From NCBI GenBank assembly GCA_036679065.1, contig JAZIGN010000001.1, forward strand, positions 1 through 64,000: a DNA stretch of 64,000 bases. The letters are read 5' to 3'. The stretch is from Coprothermobacterota bacterium. Its GTDB lineage: Bacteria; Coprothermobacterota; Coprothermobacteria; Coprothermobacterales; Coprothermobacteraceae. Shown in pieces: positions 49,135-61,542 of this stretch. The notes under the pieces are model-generated. The model ran no database searches, was not told the origin of the DNA, and saw only the letters and a list, made by a program, of their open reading frames with translations. The number at the start of each line of letters is the position of its first letter. Positions within the stretch are counted from its first letter, which is position 1. A program made the position numbers and the translations under genes.

Positions 49135-49905
49135 GTGCGGAAAATACTGGTTGCAAACGATGATGGCATTTTTGCAGAAGGTATAAATATTTTGGTGACA
49201 CATCTTCTCAAATGGGGAAAGGCAGAAATAACTGTGGTAGCTCCTGATAGGACAAAGAATGCTATCAGTCACTCTCTCACCTTGGATTCCATCCTGCGGC
49301 TCAGAAAAGTGTTTATGCCCAACGGTTACGAGGGTTATACTGTGGTAGATGGTTCGCCTGCTGACTGTGTGCTGGTTGCGCTGAACGATTTGGTTCCCGA
49401 TACAGACTTAGTCATTGCTGGCATCAACCATGGTACGAACTGTGGTATTGATGTGCTTTACTCAGGAACAGTGGGCGCTGCTTCGGAAGGTGTGGTTAAC
49501 GGTAAACCTTCTATTGCTATTTCATCAGAAAGCCCAGAAAGGGAACATCTTGAAATCACCGCTCAAGTGCTGGTCAGCTTATTGGATCAAGGATTGTTAA
49601 ATGCTACTAGCAGTGATTGGGTTTTGAACATTAACGTGCCTGCACTTAAGCTGGAGGAAATTAAAGGGGTTGCCTGGGCAACCATGAGTCGTCACGGCTG
49701 GACTAATAGGGTTCAAAGACGTGAAGATCCCCGAGGCCAGATTTACTACTGGGTTACTGGGGAACGGTCAAAACCAGAGCAAAGCAACAACGGTGATTAT
49801 CAGTTGCTTAGCCAGGGTTTCGTAACGTTAACTCCAGTTGGTCTCGATCTTACAGATCATGAATCGCTAAAAGAGCTGTCAAGCAGGTTCGTATTCCAGC
49901 TTTGA
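49135..49905 (+). CDS. surE: 5'/3'-nucleotidase SurE
   Basis: ILVANDDGI, GSPADCV, GINHG.N.G.DVLYSGTV. Confidence 0.95.
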   Translation: MRKILVANDDGIFAEGINILVTHLLKWGKAEITVVAPDRTKNAISHSLTLDSILRLRKVFMPNGYEGYTVVDGSPADCVLVALNDLVPDTDLVIAGINHGTNCGIDVLYSGTVGAASEGVVNGKPSIAISSESPEREHLEITAQVLVSLLDQGLLNATSSDWVLNINVPALKLEEIKGVAWATMSRHGWTNRVQRREDPRGQIYYWVTGERSKPEQSNNGDYQLLSQGFVTLTPVGLDLTDHESLKELSSRFVFQL

Positions 49906-50835
49906 TGGAGGTTGCACGTTTATCCTTTTTATGTTTCCATTTGATATTTGATTTGCAATTAACCAAATAAGGGATTTTACGTTTTCTGTTTTGAAAACGT
50001 CAGCGTGGTTGTCTAACTTGACGATGAAACCTTCTCTGTGTGGACTAACGGAAATATAAACACGCTGCTGTAGTGAAACCCCAATGAAGTCGTCATCACT
50101 GACAATGGCTGGGATTAGCATTGCCTGATTATTACTAAAGGGTTCCCACAACTTAATAGTGCCGAACGTGGTTCTATAAGTTCCTGCTTTCAGCGTGCCA
50201 TGTGAATCATGCACTATTGCGTGAGGCATGATTACCTCCTTGTCTAAGTAGTTAGGCACTGAAACATGCCGCTTTTTTCTAAGTACAACTTTGTAAATTT
50301 CCTTACCTTGACTTACCCACTTCTGTTCATATTTCGTTCCAACTTGAACCTCGTTCCTAACCGTGTAATCAGCTAACGAAAAGAGTCGGCTTTCTTCAGA
50401 GTTTCTAATAGCTTCTTCGGCGTATTCTTTCACGTCGGTCTGAAGCTGCAAGACCGCGTTGTCCACAAGGCGTGAGGCGTATATCTGTAGTTTTGGTAAT
50501 GTAAAAAGTCTCCTTGATGCATGTTTCTTGTGAGGCCAAGGTAAGGGAAAGTTGATGTACAATGCGTCTACGCTTCTTTCCGAAAACAGCTCTCTGAGGC
50601 CCCAAACACCGTCCATAAGCAGCAGCGCAGTTTTCGTGTGATCAATCACTTTCATAGCTTTTTCCACGCTTAAGAGTGAAACCTCAAATCCTACTACGTT
50701 GGCACCGGTTGTCTCTAATGTTTTCAAGAACTTCCCGTTACCGAACCCAATTTCCACTGCGAGCGGATTCTTCTCTGGAAAGATGGCATCCCAATTCAAG
50801 GGAAAAGAGATCGTACTTTGAGGTTTTATCAGCAT
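49879..50835 (-). CDS. trmB: tRNA (guanine-N7)-methyltransferase TrmB-like protein with C-terminal extension
   Basis: VEIGFGNG, NFPLPWP.KKH..RRL, TD, TKYEQKW. Confidence 0.85.
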   Translation of the reverse strand: MLIKPQSTISFPLNWDAIFPEKNPLAVEIGFGNGKFLKTLETTGANVVGFEVSLLSVEKAMKVIDHTKTALLLMDGVWGLRELFSERSVDALYINFPLPWPHKKHASRRLFTLPKLQIYASRLVDNAVLQLQTDVKEYAEEAIRNSEESRLFSLADYTVRNEVQVGTKYEQKWVSQGKEIYKVVLRKKRHVSVPNYLDKEVIMPHAIVHDSHGTLKAGTYRTTFGTIKLWEPFSNNQAMLIPAIVSDDDFIGVSLQQRVYISVSPHREGFIVKLDNHADVFKTENVKSLIWLIANQISNGNIKRINVQPPSKLEYEPA

Positions 50836-50844
50836 GAAACAAGC

Positions 50845-51525
50845 TCACCAATAGTAAGGCGTGGAATAAGGTTCACTTCTTCGGCGCCTTCGGACTACGG
50901 GTAGCACCATGAATGCCACAATGACTCCGAAAACAAACCCTCCGATGTGCGCCCAATATGCCACGTAGCTCATGCTGTTAAGTAGTGTGGGTAGTACGTT
51001 TCCTTGAAAGAACCAGATCAAAAGCCAGAACCAAGCCGGAATATTTACCACGGTAACGAAAAAGATCAGGAATATCAAAGTGGCTATGTAGGCGTGAGGA
51101 TAGAACACCAAATAAGCGCCCATAACTGCGGATATGGCGCCAGAAGCGCCAACGAAAAACTCGGCACTTTGAGGCATCATGTAAATATGAGCAAGCCCTG
51201 CAACCATTCCACCAATTAGGTAAAACGGAATGTAGAATTTACCGAAATCTCCTTCAATGTTATCTCCAAATATGAACAAAAACCACATGTTTGATATTAG
51301 GTGGTATAGGTTTCCATGTAACCACATGCTTAAAAACAACAAGCCCCAGGGTGTCAAGTTTAGTGGGTTCACAGAAATCATACTCAAGAATTTTTGTGGA
51401 CTAAGGTAGAAAGAATCTGGTAGCAGCGGTTGTACGAACGCATACACGATGATGTTTATGACAATAATGAGAATCGTCCTAACCGGAAAAGTGCGACGTC
51501 TATTTATATCGAATAACGGAAACAT
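50845..51525 (-). CDS. Rhomboid family intramembrane serine protease
   Basis: HG...HL..NM.FL.IFGDN, GASGA, AHIGG. Confidence 0.93.
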   Translation of the reverse strand: MFPLFDINRRRTFPVRTILIIVINIIVYAFVQPLLPDSFYLSPQKFLSMISVNPLNLTPWGLLFLSMWLHGNLYHLISNMWFLFIFGDNIEGDFGKFYIPFYLIGGMVAGLAHIYMMPQSAEFFVGASGAISAVMGAYLVFYPHAYIATLIFLIFFVTVVNIPAWFWLLIWFFQGNVLPTLLNSMSYVAYWAHIGGFVFGVIVAFMVLPVVRRRRRSEPYSTPYYW

Positions 51526-52342
51526 CTGTGGGAACCTCTACGTTTTTGGAGTAAGAGACCGATCGCTGTGAACCTGCGGGCTGCGGGTAAAGCATGAGCA
51601 GATCGTAAATCTCTTTTGGCATGGAGGTGTCAATGTTCAGATTCAACTGCTTGGCCTCTTCAGCGAAGATGGGGTTATCATGTGTGTAATACCCTTCGCA
51701 AAGCAGGGTTGCTACTTCTTCGGCCTTCTCTTCGTCCATGTGCTTCTTTAAAAACCACTTTACAGTGTCTTTGACCTGGTCAATAGCTTTGCGACTTATG
51801 TCAGCCAATATGAGGGTTTGATCATCAACGTTTTGAGCACCTTTGTCCTTGACAGCTTGCAATATGCTGGCTGCAGGCAAGCCATTAATTTGCGGGTCCA
51901 ATGGTCCAATCACAGCGTGCTTGTCCATGATAATTTGATCCGCTGCCAACGCGATTAGTGTGCCACCGCTCATAGCATAGTGAGGTATTATCACTGTAGT
52001 CTTTGCGGGGTGCATATAGAGCGCCCTTGCAATTTGTTCAGCTGCGAGTACTAAACCACCCGGTGTGTGCAGTACTAAGTCGATGGGAGTATCGGGAGGT
52101 GTGCTTCTAATAGCAGTCAACACGGCCTCAGAATCTTCCATGGTAATGTATCTGGCAATTGGTAGCCCCCACAGAGCCACGCTTTCTTGCCTGTGAATCA
52201 AGGTAATTAAACGAGAATGCCTTTTCTTCTCCCATGCACGTATGAGTGTCTGCCTGGCTGCCTGTAGATAGTGTTGATGCACAGCCGGGGACATGGCAGA
52301 AAATAGTATGATAATCCAAAGTAAACTCCACAGTACATCCAA
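51500..52342 (-). CDS. SDH_sah (DUF114) ClpP-class serine protease with N-terminal TM
   Basis: LIHRQE, LHTPGG, PHYAMSGGTLIALA, GPLDPQ, THDNPI. Confidence 0.88.
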   Translation of the reverse strand: MDVLWSLLWIIILFSAMSPAVHQHYLQAARQTLIRAWEKKRHSRLITLIHRQESVALWGLPIARYITMEDSEAVLTAIRSTPPDTPIDLVLHTPGGLVLAAEQIARALYMHPAKTTVIIPHYAMSGGTLIALAADQIIMDKHAVIGPLDPQINGLPAASILQAVKDKGAQNVDDQTLILADISRKAIDQVKDTVKWFLKKHMDEEKAEEVATLLCEGYYTHDNPIFAEEAKQLNLNIDTSMPKEIYDLLMLYPQPAGSQRSVSYSKNVEVPTDVSVIRYK

Positions 52343-52457
52343 GGAAATAACCTCCTTTCAGTTATTTGAATTATATTATATTCGGCAAAAATAAGAAATG
52401 TTAAGAAAACTCTCGGTTGATGTACTCAGCTGGCAAAAAATGTTCTATAATTTGGGC

Positions 52458-52727
52458 ATGCCAAGAAGGTTTAGAAAAATACGGAAGCAAAGAAAACCTG
52501 TAGAAGCTGGATCGGGTAGGTTCTGGGCGGCGTTCAGTGACGCTTACACCTTTGGAGCAACCCTGCTTGTGTCCATGGGTATTTTTGGTGTGGCCGGCTA
52601 CTACTTGGATCAGTGGTTGGGCACATTACCCACATTTACAGTGGCATTGCTGCTGATTGGCATCTATTTATCTTTTAGAGTTTTTATAAAAGACGTTCTT
52701 AAGCGAGGAAGGGTAAGAAATGGGTAA
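52458..52727 (+). CDS. AtpZ/AtpI-type ATP synthase accessory membrane protein
   Basis: GYYLDQWLGTLP motif; first gene of the atp operon. Confidence 0.8.
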   Translation: MPRRFRKIRKQRKPVEAGSGRFWAAFSDAYTFGATLLVSMGIFGVAGYYLDQWLGTLPTFTVALLLIGIYLSFRVFIKDVLKRGRVRNG

Positions 52728-53358
52728 TGAACTCACGCTTTCAGTGAACAGTTTTTATTGGAGTTTTGTAGTTACTGGGTTACTGTGGTTACTGTGCTGG
52801 TATATAAGCTTGAAGGCAAAGGAAGAGGGCACGTGGAAGTACGCAGTCATGGCTTTATGGAATTGGCTGATTTCCTATGGTAAAGAACTTCTCGGTGATT
52901 ATGCTGAGGAAGTTATGCCTTTTCTAGCCACATTTTTTGTTTACATTCTAACGGCGAACTGGTTGGGGCTGCTACCTGGATTTGTAGCTCCCACACGTGA
53001 CTTATCTGTAACAGTAGGTCTGGCTTTACTTTTGCTCATTTGGATACATGCTTATGCCATAAGAAAAATGGGATGGAAGAAGTATCTTGCTGTGTTTTTT
53101 TCTCCAGCGTGGTGGATGTTCCCTTTAAACTTGATGGAACACATAACCAGGCTACTGTCCCTGTCTGTACGTCTTTATGGTAACGTATCAGGTGAACATT
53201 TGGCTGTTGCTGTCATATCTTTGCTAGTTCCTTTGATTGCGCCCATACCGTTATTGGGCTTAAGCATGTTTACAGGTTTCATTCAGGCCTACATTTTTAT
53301 GACTCTGGGTATGGCTTATACCGCTGAGTTTTTGGAAGAAGGAGGTCTTTTAACATGA
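52720..53358 (+). CDS. atpB: ATP synthase subunit a
   Basis: NWLGLLPG..APT, LSLSVRLYGN, FIQAYIF. Confidence 0.95.
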   Translation: MGNELTLSVNSFYWSFVVTGLLWLLCWYISLKAKEEGTWKYAVMALWNWLISYGKELLGDYAEEVMPFLATFFVYILTANWLGLLPGFVAPTRDLSVTVGLALLLLIWIHAYAIRKMGWKKYLAVFFSPAWWMFPLNLMEHITRLLSLSVRLYGNVSGEHLAVAVISLLVPLIAPIPLLGLSMFTGFIQAYIFMTLGMAYTAEFLEEGGLLT

Positions 53359-53594
53359 GTGATGTAGTTGCTGCCATTTTATCTGCTGGATGGCCGTTGG
53401 GCATTGCAGCTGGGTTAGCTGCTTTGGGCATGGGAATAGCTGCGGGAAAGGCTTTTGAGGCCATTTCTCGTCAGCCTGATGCATCTGGAGACATAAGAAG
53501 CTTGACGCTCATAGCTTTTGCTTTTATTGAGTCTTTGGTTATCTACGTTCTGGCTGTGGCTTTCTTGATGCTGTTTGTTAGACCAGGCGTTTAG
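53355..53594 (+). CDS. atpE: ATP synthase subunit c
   Basis: RQPD loop, FIESLVIY. Confidence 0.96.
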   Translation: MSDVVAAILSAGWPLGIAAGLAALGMGIAAGKAFEAISRQPDASGDIRSLTLIAFAFIESLVIYVLAVAFLMLFVRPGV

Positions 53595-53623
53595 TGAGCA
53601 AGTGAAGAGCTGTGTGATGGACT

Positions 53624-54358
53624 ATGACCTTTAACTGGTTTTCGCTAGCAGCAGCTGTTGTTAACTTACTGATTCTTTACTGGATACTTCAGAGATATCT
53701 GTTTGGTCCACTGCTGAAGACCATAAAAGACCAGCAAGAGCAGTGGTTACAGAAGGAAAAAGAACTACAGCAGAAAGAACTGGAGATTGCATCCAGAGAA
53801 GAACAATTAGAACATGAGCGGCAGGAGCTTGAGTACGAGGTAAGGACGTACTACGAACAGGCCATGAAAGAAATAGAGGCGTTTAAGGAAAATGAGCAGG
53901 CCGATGCTAGGAAGAAAGCGGAGACAGTTTATCAACAAATTGTAAATGCGGCTAGAACCGAAGCCGATCGCATTAAGAAAGAAGCCTTGCAGCAGATCGA
54001 CGATACCATAAAAGACGTTGTGACAAATGTCTACAAAGCATTTTTCCAGGGGCTAAGTAACAATGGTGACTTTGTTGCTCTGCTGCTAGAAGGCCGTATT
54101 GATGAGATAAAGCCCTTGCTTGGGCAAGGACGTTCATACGTCTTTACCAGCTCTCATCCACTTGACGATAAGCAGAAAGCCAGGGTGGAACATGTGCTCC
54201 AAGAAAAAGCCGGAGTTGGTGTGTCCTCCTTTGAGGTGGATGAAGAGCTTATTTTGGGTTTTCAGCTTTCCTGGAAAGCTGAGATGATCGAATACTCCCT
54301 GGCACAGCAGATCAGGGAGTATGTAAAGATTGAGGAGGCAGAAGGCATTGGAAGTTAG
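53624..54358 (+). CDS. atpF: ATP synthase subunit b with C-terminal delta-like domain
   Basis: VNLLILYWILQRYLFGPL TM, coiled coil, TSSHPLD...EVDEELILG tail; no separate atpH. Confidence 0.85.
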   Translation: MTFNWFSLAAAVVNLLILYWILQRYLFGPLLKTIKDQQEQWLQKEKELQQKELEIASREEQLEHERQELEYEVRTYYEQAMKEIEAFKENEQADARKKAETVYQQIVNAARTEADRIKKEALQQIDDTIKDVVTNVYKAFFQGLSNNGDFVALLLEGRIDEIKPLLGQGRSYVFTSSHPLDDKQKARVEHVLQEKAGVGVSSFEVDEELILGFQLSWKAEMIEYSLAQQIREYVKIEEAEGIGS

Positions 54359-55806
54359 GCGCGAGCTGCCTTTTAGAATTGTTGTTCAGCCGCAAAGGTT
54401 GGAGAAGAAATTCTACGGCAGAGTAGTGGCTTACCGTGATGGCATAGCTACGGTGGAGGGCCTGGGAAACATTGGCTACTACGAGAACGTACAGTTTGAA
54501 GAAGGTGCAAAGGGCATTGTCATGGACGTGGACCCCCAGCTTTCCTATGTGGTTACCACCAGTGGTGAAGTCCACATAGGTGAAATGTGTCTGGCCACTG
54601 GCGAGGTACCTGGCATACCGGTGGGTTATGATGTGTTGGGAAAGGTGCTGGATCCACTGGGAAACGTTTTGGAGGGCGACACTTTCACTCCTGCTCAGGT
54701 TTACCCGGTTGAGCGACCTGCTAAGCCCTTGTATGAAAGGTCTAGGGTCAACGAACCTGTGGAAACAGGTATTGCTGCCATTGACATGCTCATTCCAGTT
54801 GGGCACGGGCAAAGAGAGCTAATTTTGGGAGACAGGCAAGTAGGTAAAACCACATTAGCCACTGATATTCTCATAAATCAAAAAGGTAAGGACGTTATAG
54901 GCGTTTACGTCAGTATTGGCCAGAAGGTTTCAGATACCGCTGCCATCATTAATAGTTTCAAGGTGAATGATGTCATGGACCAAGTGGTCATGGTTGTAGC
55001 CGCAGCTAGTGACCCAGCCATTGTTAGGTTTTTAGCACCTTATGCTGGAGCTTCCATTGCTGAATATTTCATGGAACAAGGCAGAAAAGTAATCATCGTT
55101 TTTGATGATCTCTCCAAGCATGCTGTCAGCTACAGGGAACTTACGTTGCTCCTAAGGCGTCCACCGGGCAGAGAAGCTTATCCTGGGGACATCTTTTATG
55201 CCCATTCACGACTTTTGGAAAGAGCTGCCAAATTAACCAATGGCGGCTCCATAACAGCATTTCCCATTTGTGAGACTCAGCTGGGTGATTTTTCAGCATA
55301 CATTCCCACGAACCTCATCTCCATAACAGATGGTCAACTGTTCCTTGACAGTGGGCTTTTTAATGCGGGTCGGCGGCCTGCCATAAACATTGGTCTGTCG
55401 GTATCCCGTGTAGGTGGGGCGGCACAGTATCCAGCCATAAGAAAGCTTTCTTCGGGTTTGAGATCCACATTGGCGCGCTATGAAGAATTGTCTGAGTTCA
55501 CAAGATTTGGCGGCAAGTTGGATGATGCTTCTCAAAAAATCTTAAGCCGAGGAGAAAGAACGATTAAGCTTCTTGTACAAGCAGCCCATGAATTGTACAG
55601 TTCGTTGGAACAAGCTGCACTACTCGTGCTCCTGAACAATGGGTACTTTGATACAGTAGATGTGGGCAACGTTAAGGAAGTCTGGAACAGCGTACGTGAG
55701 TACTTGAGGACAGAAGTGCCTCAGCTGAAGAGTGTAGACCTCCATGAGCCACTAGACGATGAAACTACCAGACTCATACTCATGGCTGGCGAGAGGGCGA
55801 TGAAAA

Positions 55807-55829
<23 letters not shown>
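54348..55829 (+). CDS. atpA: ATP synthase subunit alpha
   Basis: GQRELILGDRQVGKT, RRPPGREAYPGD, SVSRVGGAAQ; TTG after GAGGAGG. Confidence 0.96.
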
Positions 55830-58319
<2,490 letters not shown>

Positions 58320-58396
58320 CCGGCGACTCAAAAATGCTGTACATAATCATGAACAACAGCGTCCCATGATGAGTAAAACTATGCGATAATATTTTC

Positions 58397-59611
58397 ATGG
58401 CTTTTTTGAATCTTTTTGACCAACGCAAGCTTTGGGAACTCGCAGAAAAGATTCCATTAGAATCTTTATCCGAGCGAAAGTCAATTTATGATGCATTGGG
58501 CTTGGTTTGCGCTGAGGACGTATTGGCACCTGAGGACATACCTCCAAAGGCTCGTTCTGAAGTAGATGGATACGCAGTACGGAGCCGTGATGTCAAAGGG
58601 GCTTCTGTGGAAAGGCCATCACTTCTTACGCGTGTGGGTAACATTGTCGTAGACGAAGTTCCCCAGTTTGAGCTTAACCCAGGTGAGTGTGCTTATATTC
58701 CTACTGGTGCTATTTTGCCTAAAGGCGCAGATGCTGTTGTAATGATTGAATATGTTGAAGAAAGTGGCAATTATGTGGAGGTTTTTAAGCCTGCTGCACC
58801 CTTGGAAAACGTGGTTTCGCCTGGCGAAGACATGAAACAAGGTGATATTGTACTAAAACGTGGTCAGCGCATTACTCCACAGGTAGTTGGATTGCTAAGT
58901 TATTTAGGAAAGTTGGAGGTTCAGGTGTACAGGCCTTTAAAGGTATTTGTGGCTGCTACTGGTAACGAAATTGTGGAACCTACTCAAGTACCTAAATTGG
59001 GACAGTACCGTGATGCTAACAGCTTAACTGTGTGGTCCATGCTCAAGGAAAGAGGATTTTATGCGCATAGGGGCTCCATTATTCGCGATGAACTTGAAAA
59101 CATACATGAAGTCATAAATAAAGCTACTCAAAATTACGATGTCATTGTTTTAACTGGTGGTAGCAGTGCAGGCATTAGGGATTTGGTAGTACGTGCGGTG
59201 GAAGAAGCCGGTGGTACGGTACTTGCGCACGGGTTCACCATAAAACCGGGAAAACCTACGGTTATTGGCATTGTCAAGGACAAACTGTTTGTTGGGCTAC
59301 CGGGCCACCCCATGTCCTGCTTTGTTTCCGCATCACTAATCTTAATGCCTCTGCTCAGAAGGTTACAAGGTGAGAACGTAAAGCCAATGCCACTGCTTAA
59401 AGCTCGTTTGCGAACCGCTGTATTCTCCAGAATCGGTGTGGAAGAATGGATTCCGGTCAGGCTCAGCTATGAAGAAGAGCTGTGGGCAGAGCCTGTATTC
59501 TCCAAGTCTGGTATGGTAAGCAGCATGGTGCGAAATGAAGGCTTCTTGAGGATACCTCCCGAGTGTGAAGGAATGGAGCCCGGTGAGGTTGTGGAGGTGC
59601 TGTTGTTGTGA
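58397..59611 (+). CDS. moeA: Molybdopterin molybdenum/tungsten transferase MoeA
   Basis: SEVDGYAV, IPTGA..P.GADAVVMIE, TGNE, TGGSSAG, IKPGKP, GLPGHP. Confidence 0.93.
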   Translation: MAFLNLFDQRKLWELAEKIPLESLSERKSIYDALGLVCAEDVLAPEDIPPKARSEVDGYAVRSRDVKGASVERPSLLTRVGNIVVDEVPQFELNPGECAYIPTGAILPKGADAVVMIEYVEESGNYVEVFKPAAPLENVVSPGEDMKQGDIVLKRGQRITPQVVGLLSYLGKLEVQVYRPLKVFVAATGNEIVEPTQVPKLGQYRDANSLTVWSMLKERGFYAHRGSIIRDELENIHEVINKATQNYDVIVLTGGSSAGIRDLVVRAVEEAGGTVLAHGFTIKPGKPTVIGIVKDKLFVGLPGHPMSCFVSASLILMPLLRRLQGENVKPMPLLKARLRTAVFSRIGVEEWIPVRLSYEEELWAEPVFSKSGMVSSMVRNEGFLRIPPECEGMEPGEVVEVLLL

Positions 59612-61452
59612 GAAAGATCTATTACGAAGTGCGAGAACTGGGGGAAGCAAAAGCGATTCTGCGTAACATGTGTCCTCCTTTAAAAGTTGAGACAATACCT
59701 GTTCGACAAGCATTAGGCAGAGTAACGGCTGAAGAAATACTGGCGAACCGAAGTGTTCCACATTACATAGCGGCTGCCTACGATGGTTACGCCGTTGATG
59801 CTTTAGTTACATATGGCGCTTCTGAAGGACATCCTTTGGAGCTCACTAATTACAGGGTTGTGAGCACGGGAGACGCTTTGGAATTTCGCGAAACCTGCGT
59901 AATTCCGCTGGAGGACGTTGTTGATTCTGGTGGTAAGAAGCTCATCTTCAAAGCATTTGCCGAAGGGACTAACGTGAGACAAGTTGGTGAAGACATCATA
60001 AAAGGCGACTTAGTGGTTCCTGCGAGGCACTGGCTGGAACCCATGGATATTGCGCTTTTATTGGCTGCGGGTGTTTATGAGGTCCCTGTTCTTAAGAAGC
60101 CCTTAGTTCTTCTCATACCCACCGGAGACGAAGTGCGATCCCCTGAGGAAGTCCTTAAGGAAGGAGAAATACCAGAAACCAATTCAGTGTTCATAGTAAA
60201 TGAGTTAAAGGATTATTTCGATTTCATTGTGCTGCCACCTGTACCCAACAATGTGGACGCACTAAGGTCTGTCATTGACTCTTATTACAATGATGTGGAC
60301 ATCATTGCAACCATTGCAGGGTCATCTTACGGAGAAAGGGACGTGACAACAAACCTACTGATGGGGCAAGGTTCGGACCACGATTTACAGCAGCAACTTT
60401 ACGTACATGGTATAAACATAAAACCAGGGAAGCCCACAATTTTGGCCAGTTATCGTGAAAAACCTTTTATTGGATTCCCAGGTTTCCCTGTTTCTACTTG
60501 GGTAGTGGCTAAGTTTGTGCTCGATGGCTTAGTCGAAAGCTACTATGGCTTATTGCCTCAGTGTTGGCAGCAAGGCAAAGCGCTAAGCGGTAGAAAAATA
60601 CCCTCTGAGGGAGGAAGTATTGAATTTGTTAGAGGTGTTGTGGGCGCTGCTTCATCGCAAAAGGGATTGGTCTTCATGCCACTTAACCGTGGAGCTGGCG
60701 CTATGTCCAGCGTTGTTAGGGCTAACGCTGTATTAACCATCCCAGCAAATTCTGAAGGTTTCACTGAAGGAAGTGAACTTGAACTCCTCATGCGTTATGT
60801 GGGTTGGCCACTGCTGGTCGCCTCTGATGATATTGCCCTGAAGTTTCTGCTTAGTGATCTACGCAAGATGGGCGTTTTCTTAAACTACGTCTTTACTGGT
60901 TCTTCCACGGCCTTGGAGCTTCTTAGAAAAAATCTGGCTGCAGCAGCAGGAGCACATTTGCTTTGTCCTGATGGTTCGTACAACACCTGCATGGCTCCAG
61001 CTAATGCCATCAAAGTACCCTTCGTAAAACGTGAGCAAGGGTTCATGGTTCAGAGAGGTAATCCAAAGGGAATTAAGTCCGTGGAAGACTTAGAACGGTC
61101 GGATGTGGTTTTTGTGAACCGCGATAGGGGTTCGGGCACACGCATCTTACTGGATTACTTACTCCAACAAAAGGGCTTAGAACCGGATCACATTAAAGGC
61201 TATGATCATGAAGAGTTTTCGCATTTGCGGGTGGGTATGTGCGTGGCAAGTGGGTTAGCTGATGTGGGGCTCGGCATTAAGTTTGCTGCTGACGTTTTGG
61301 GACTGGATTTCGTCCCCGTGGCTGAAGAGGAGTATGACTTGTTCTTTCTTTCCGAGTACTCCAATCTAGCAGACACGATTAGTGACTTCATCAAGAGTGA
61401 ACAGTTCCGCGTTCGTCTTTCCAACATGGGCGGCTACCGTTTAGTTGAATGA
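59608..61452 (+). CDS. MoeA paralogue fused to a periplasmic-binding-protein-like (PBP/LysR-type) domain
   Basis: DGYAV, PTGDE, IKPGKP, then REQG...GNPKGI, FVNR..GSGTR, EEYD. Confidence 0.9.
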   Translation: MRKIYYEVRELGEAKAILRNMCPPLKVETIPVRQALGRVTAEEILANRSVPHYIAAAYDGYAVDALVTYGASEGHPLELTNYRVVSTGDALEFRETCVIPLEDVVDSGGKKLIFKAFAEGTNVRQVGEDIIKGDLVVPARHWLEPMDIALLLAAGVYEVPVLKKPLVLLIPTGDEVRSPEEVLKEGEIPETNSVFIVNELKDYFDFIVLPPVPNNVDALRSVIDSYYNDVDIIATIAGSSYGERDVTTNLLMGQGSDHDLQQQLYVHGINIKPGKPTILASYREKPFIGFPGFPVSTWVVAKFVLDGLVESYYGLLPQCWQQGKALSGRKIPSEGGSIEFVRGVVGAASSQKGLVFMPLNRGAGAMSSVVRANAVLTIPANSEGFTEGSELELLMRYVGWPLLVASDDIALKFLLSDLRKMGVFLNYVFTGSSTALELLRKNLAAAAGAHLLCPDGSYNTCMAPANAIKVPFVKREQGFMVQRGNPKGIKSVEDLERSDVVFVNRDRGSGTRILLDYLLQQKGLEPDHIKGYDHEEFSHLRVGMCVASGLADVGLGIKFAADVLGLDFVPVAEEEYDLFFLSEYSNLADTISDFIKSEQFRVRLSNMGGYRLVE

Positions 61453-61542
61453 GAACACAAGTACCCAGGATAGAGGAGAATACTGTCGTTGAGAGCGAAT
61501 CAAAATAAAGTAAATAATAACAGTAAGGAAGTGTAAAGTAGG

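Noticed and set aside
61453..61542. Moco/Wco riboswitch before moaA (and before moeA)
   Set aside because: Gaps are short and A-rich with no multi-stem structure
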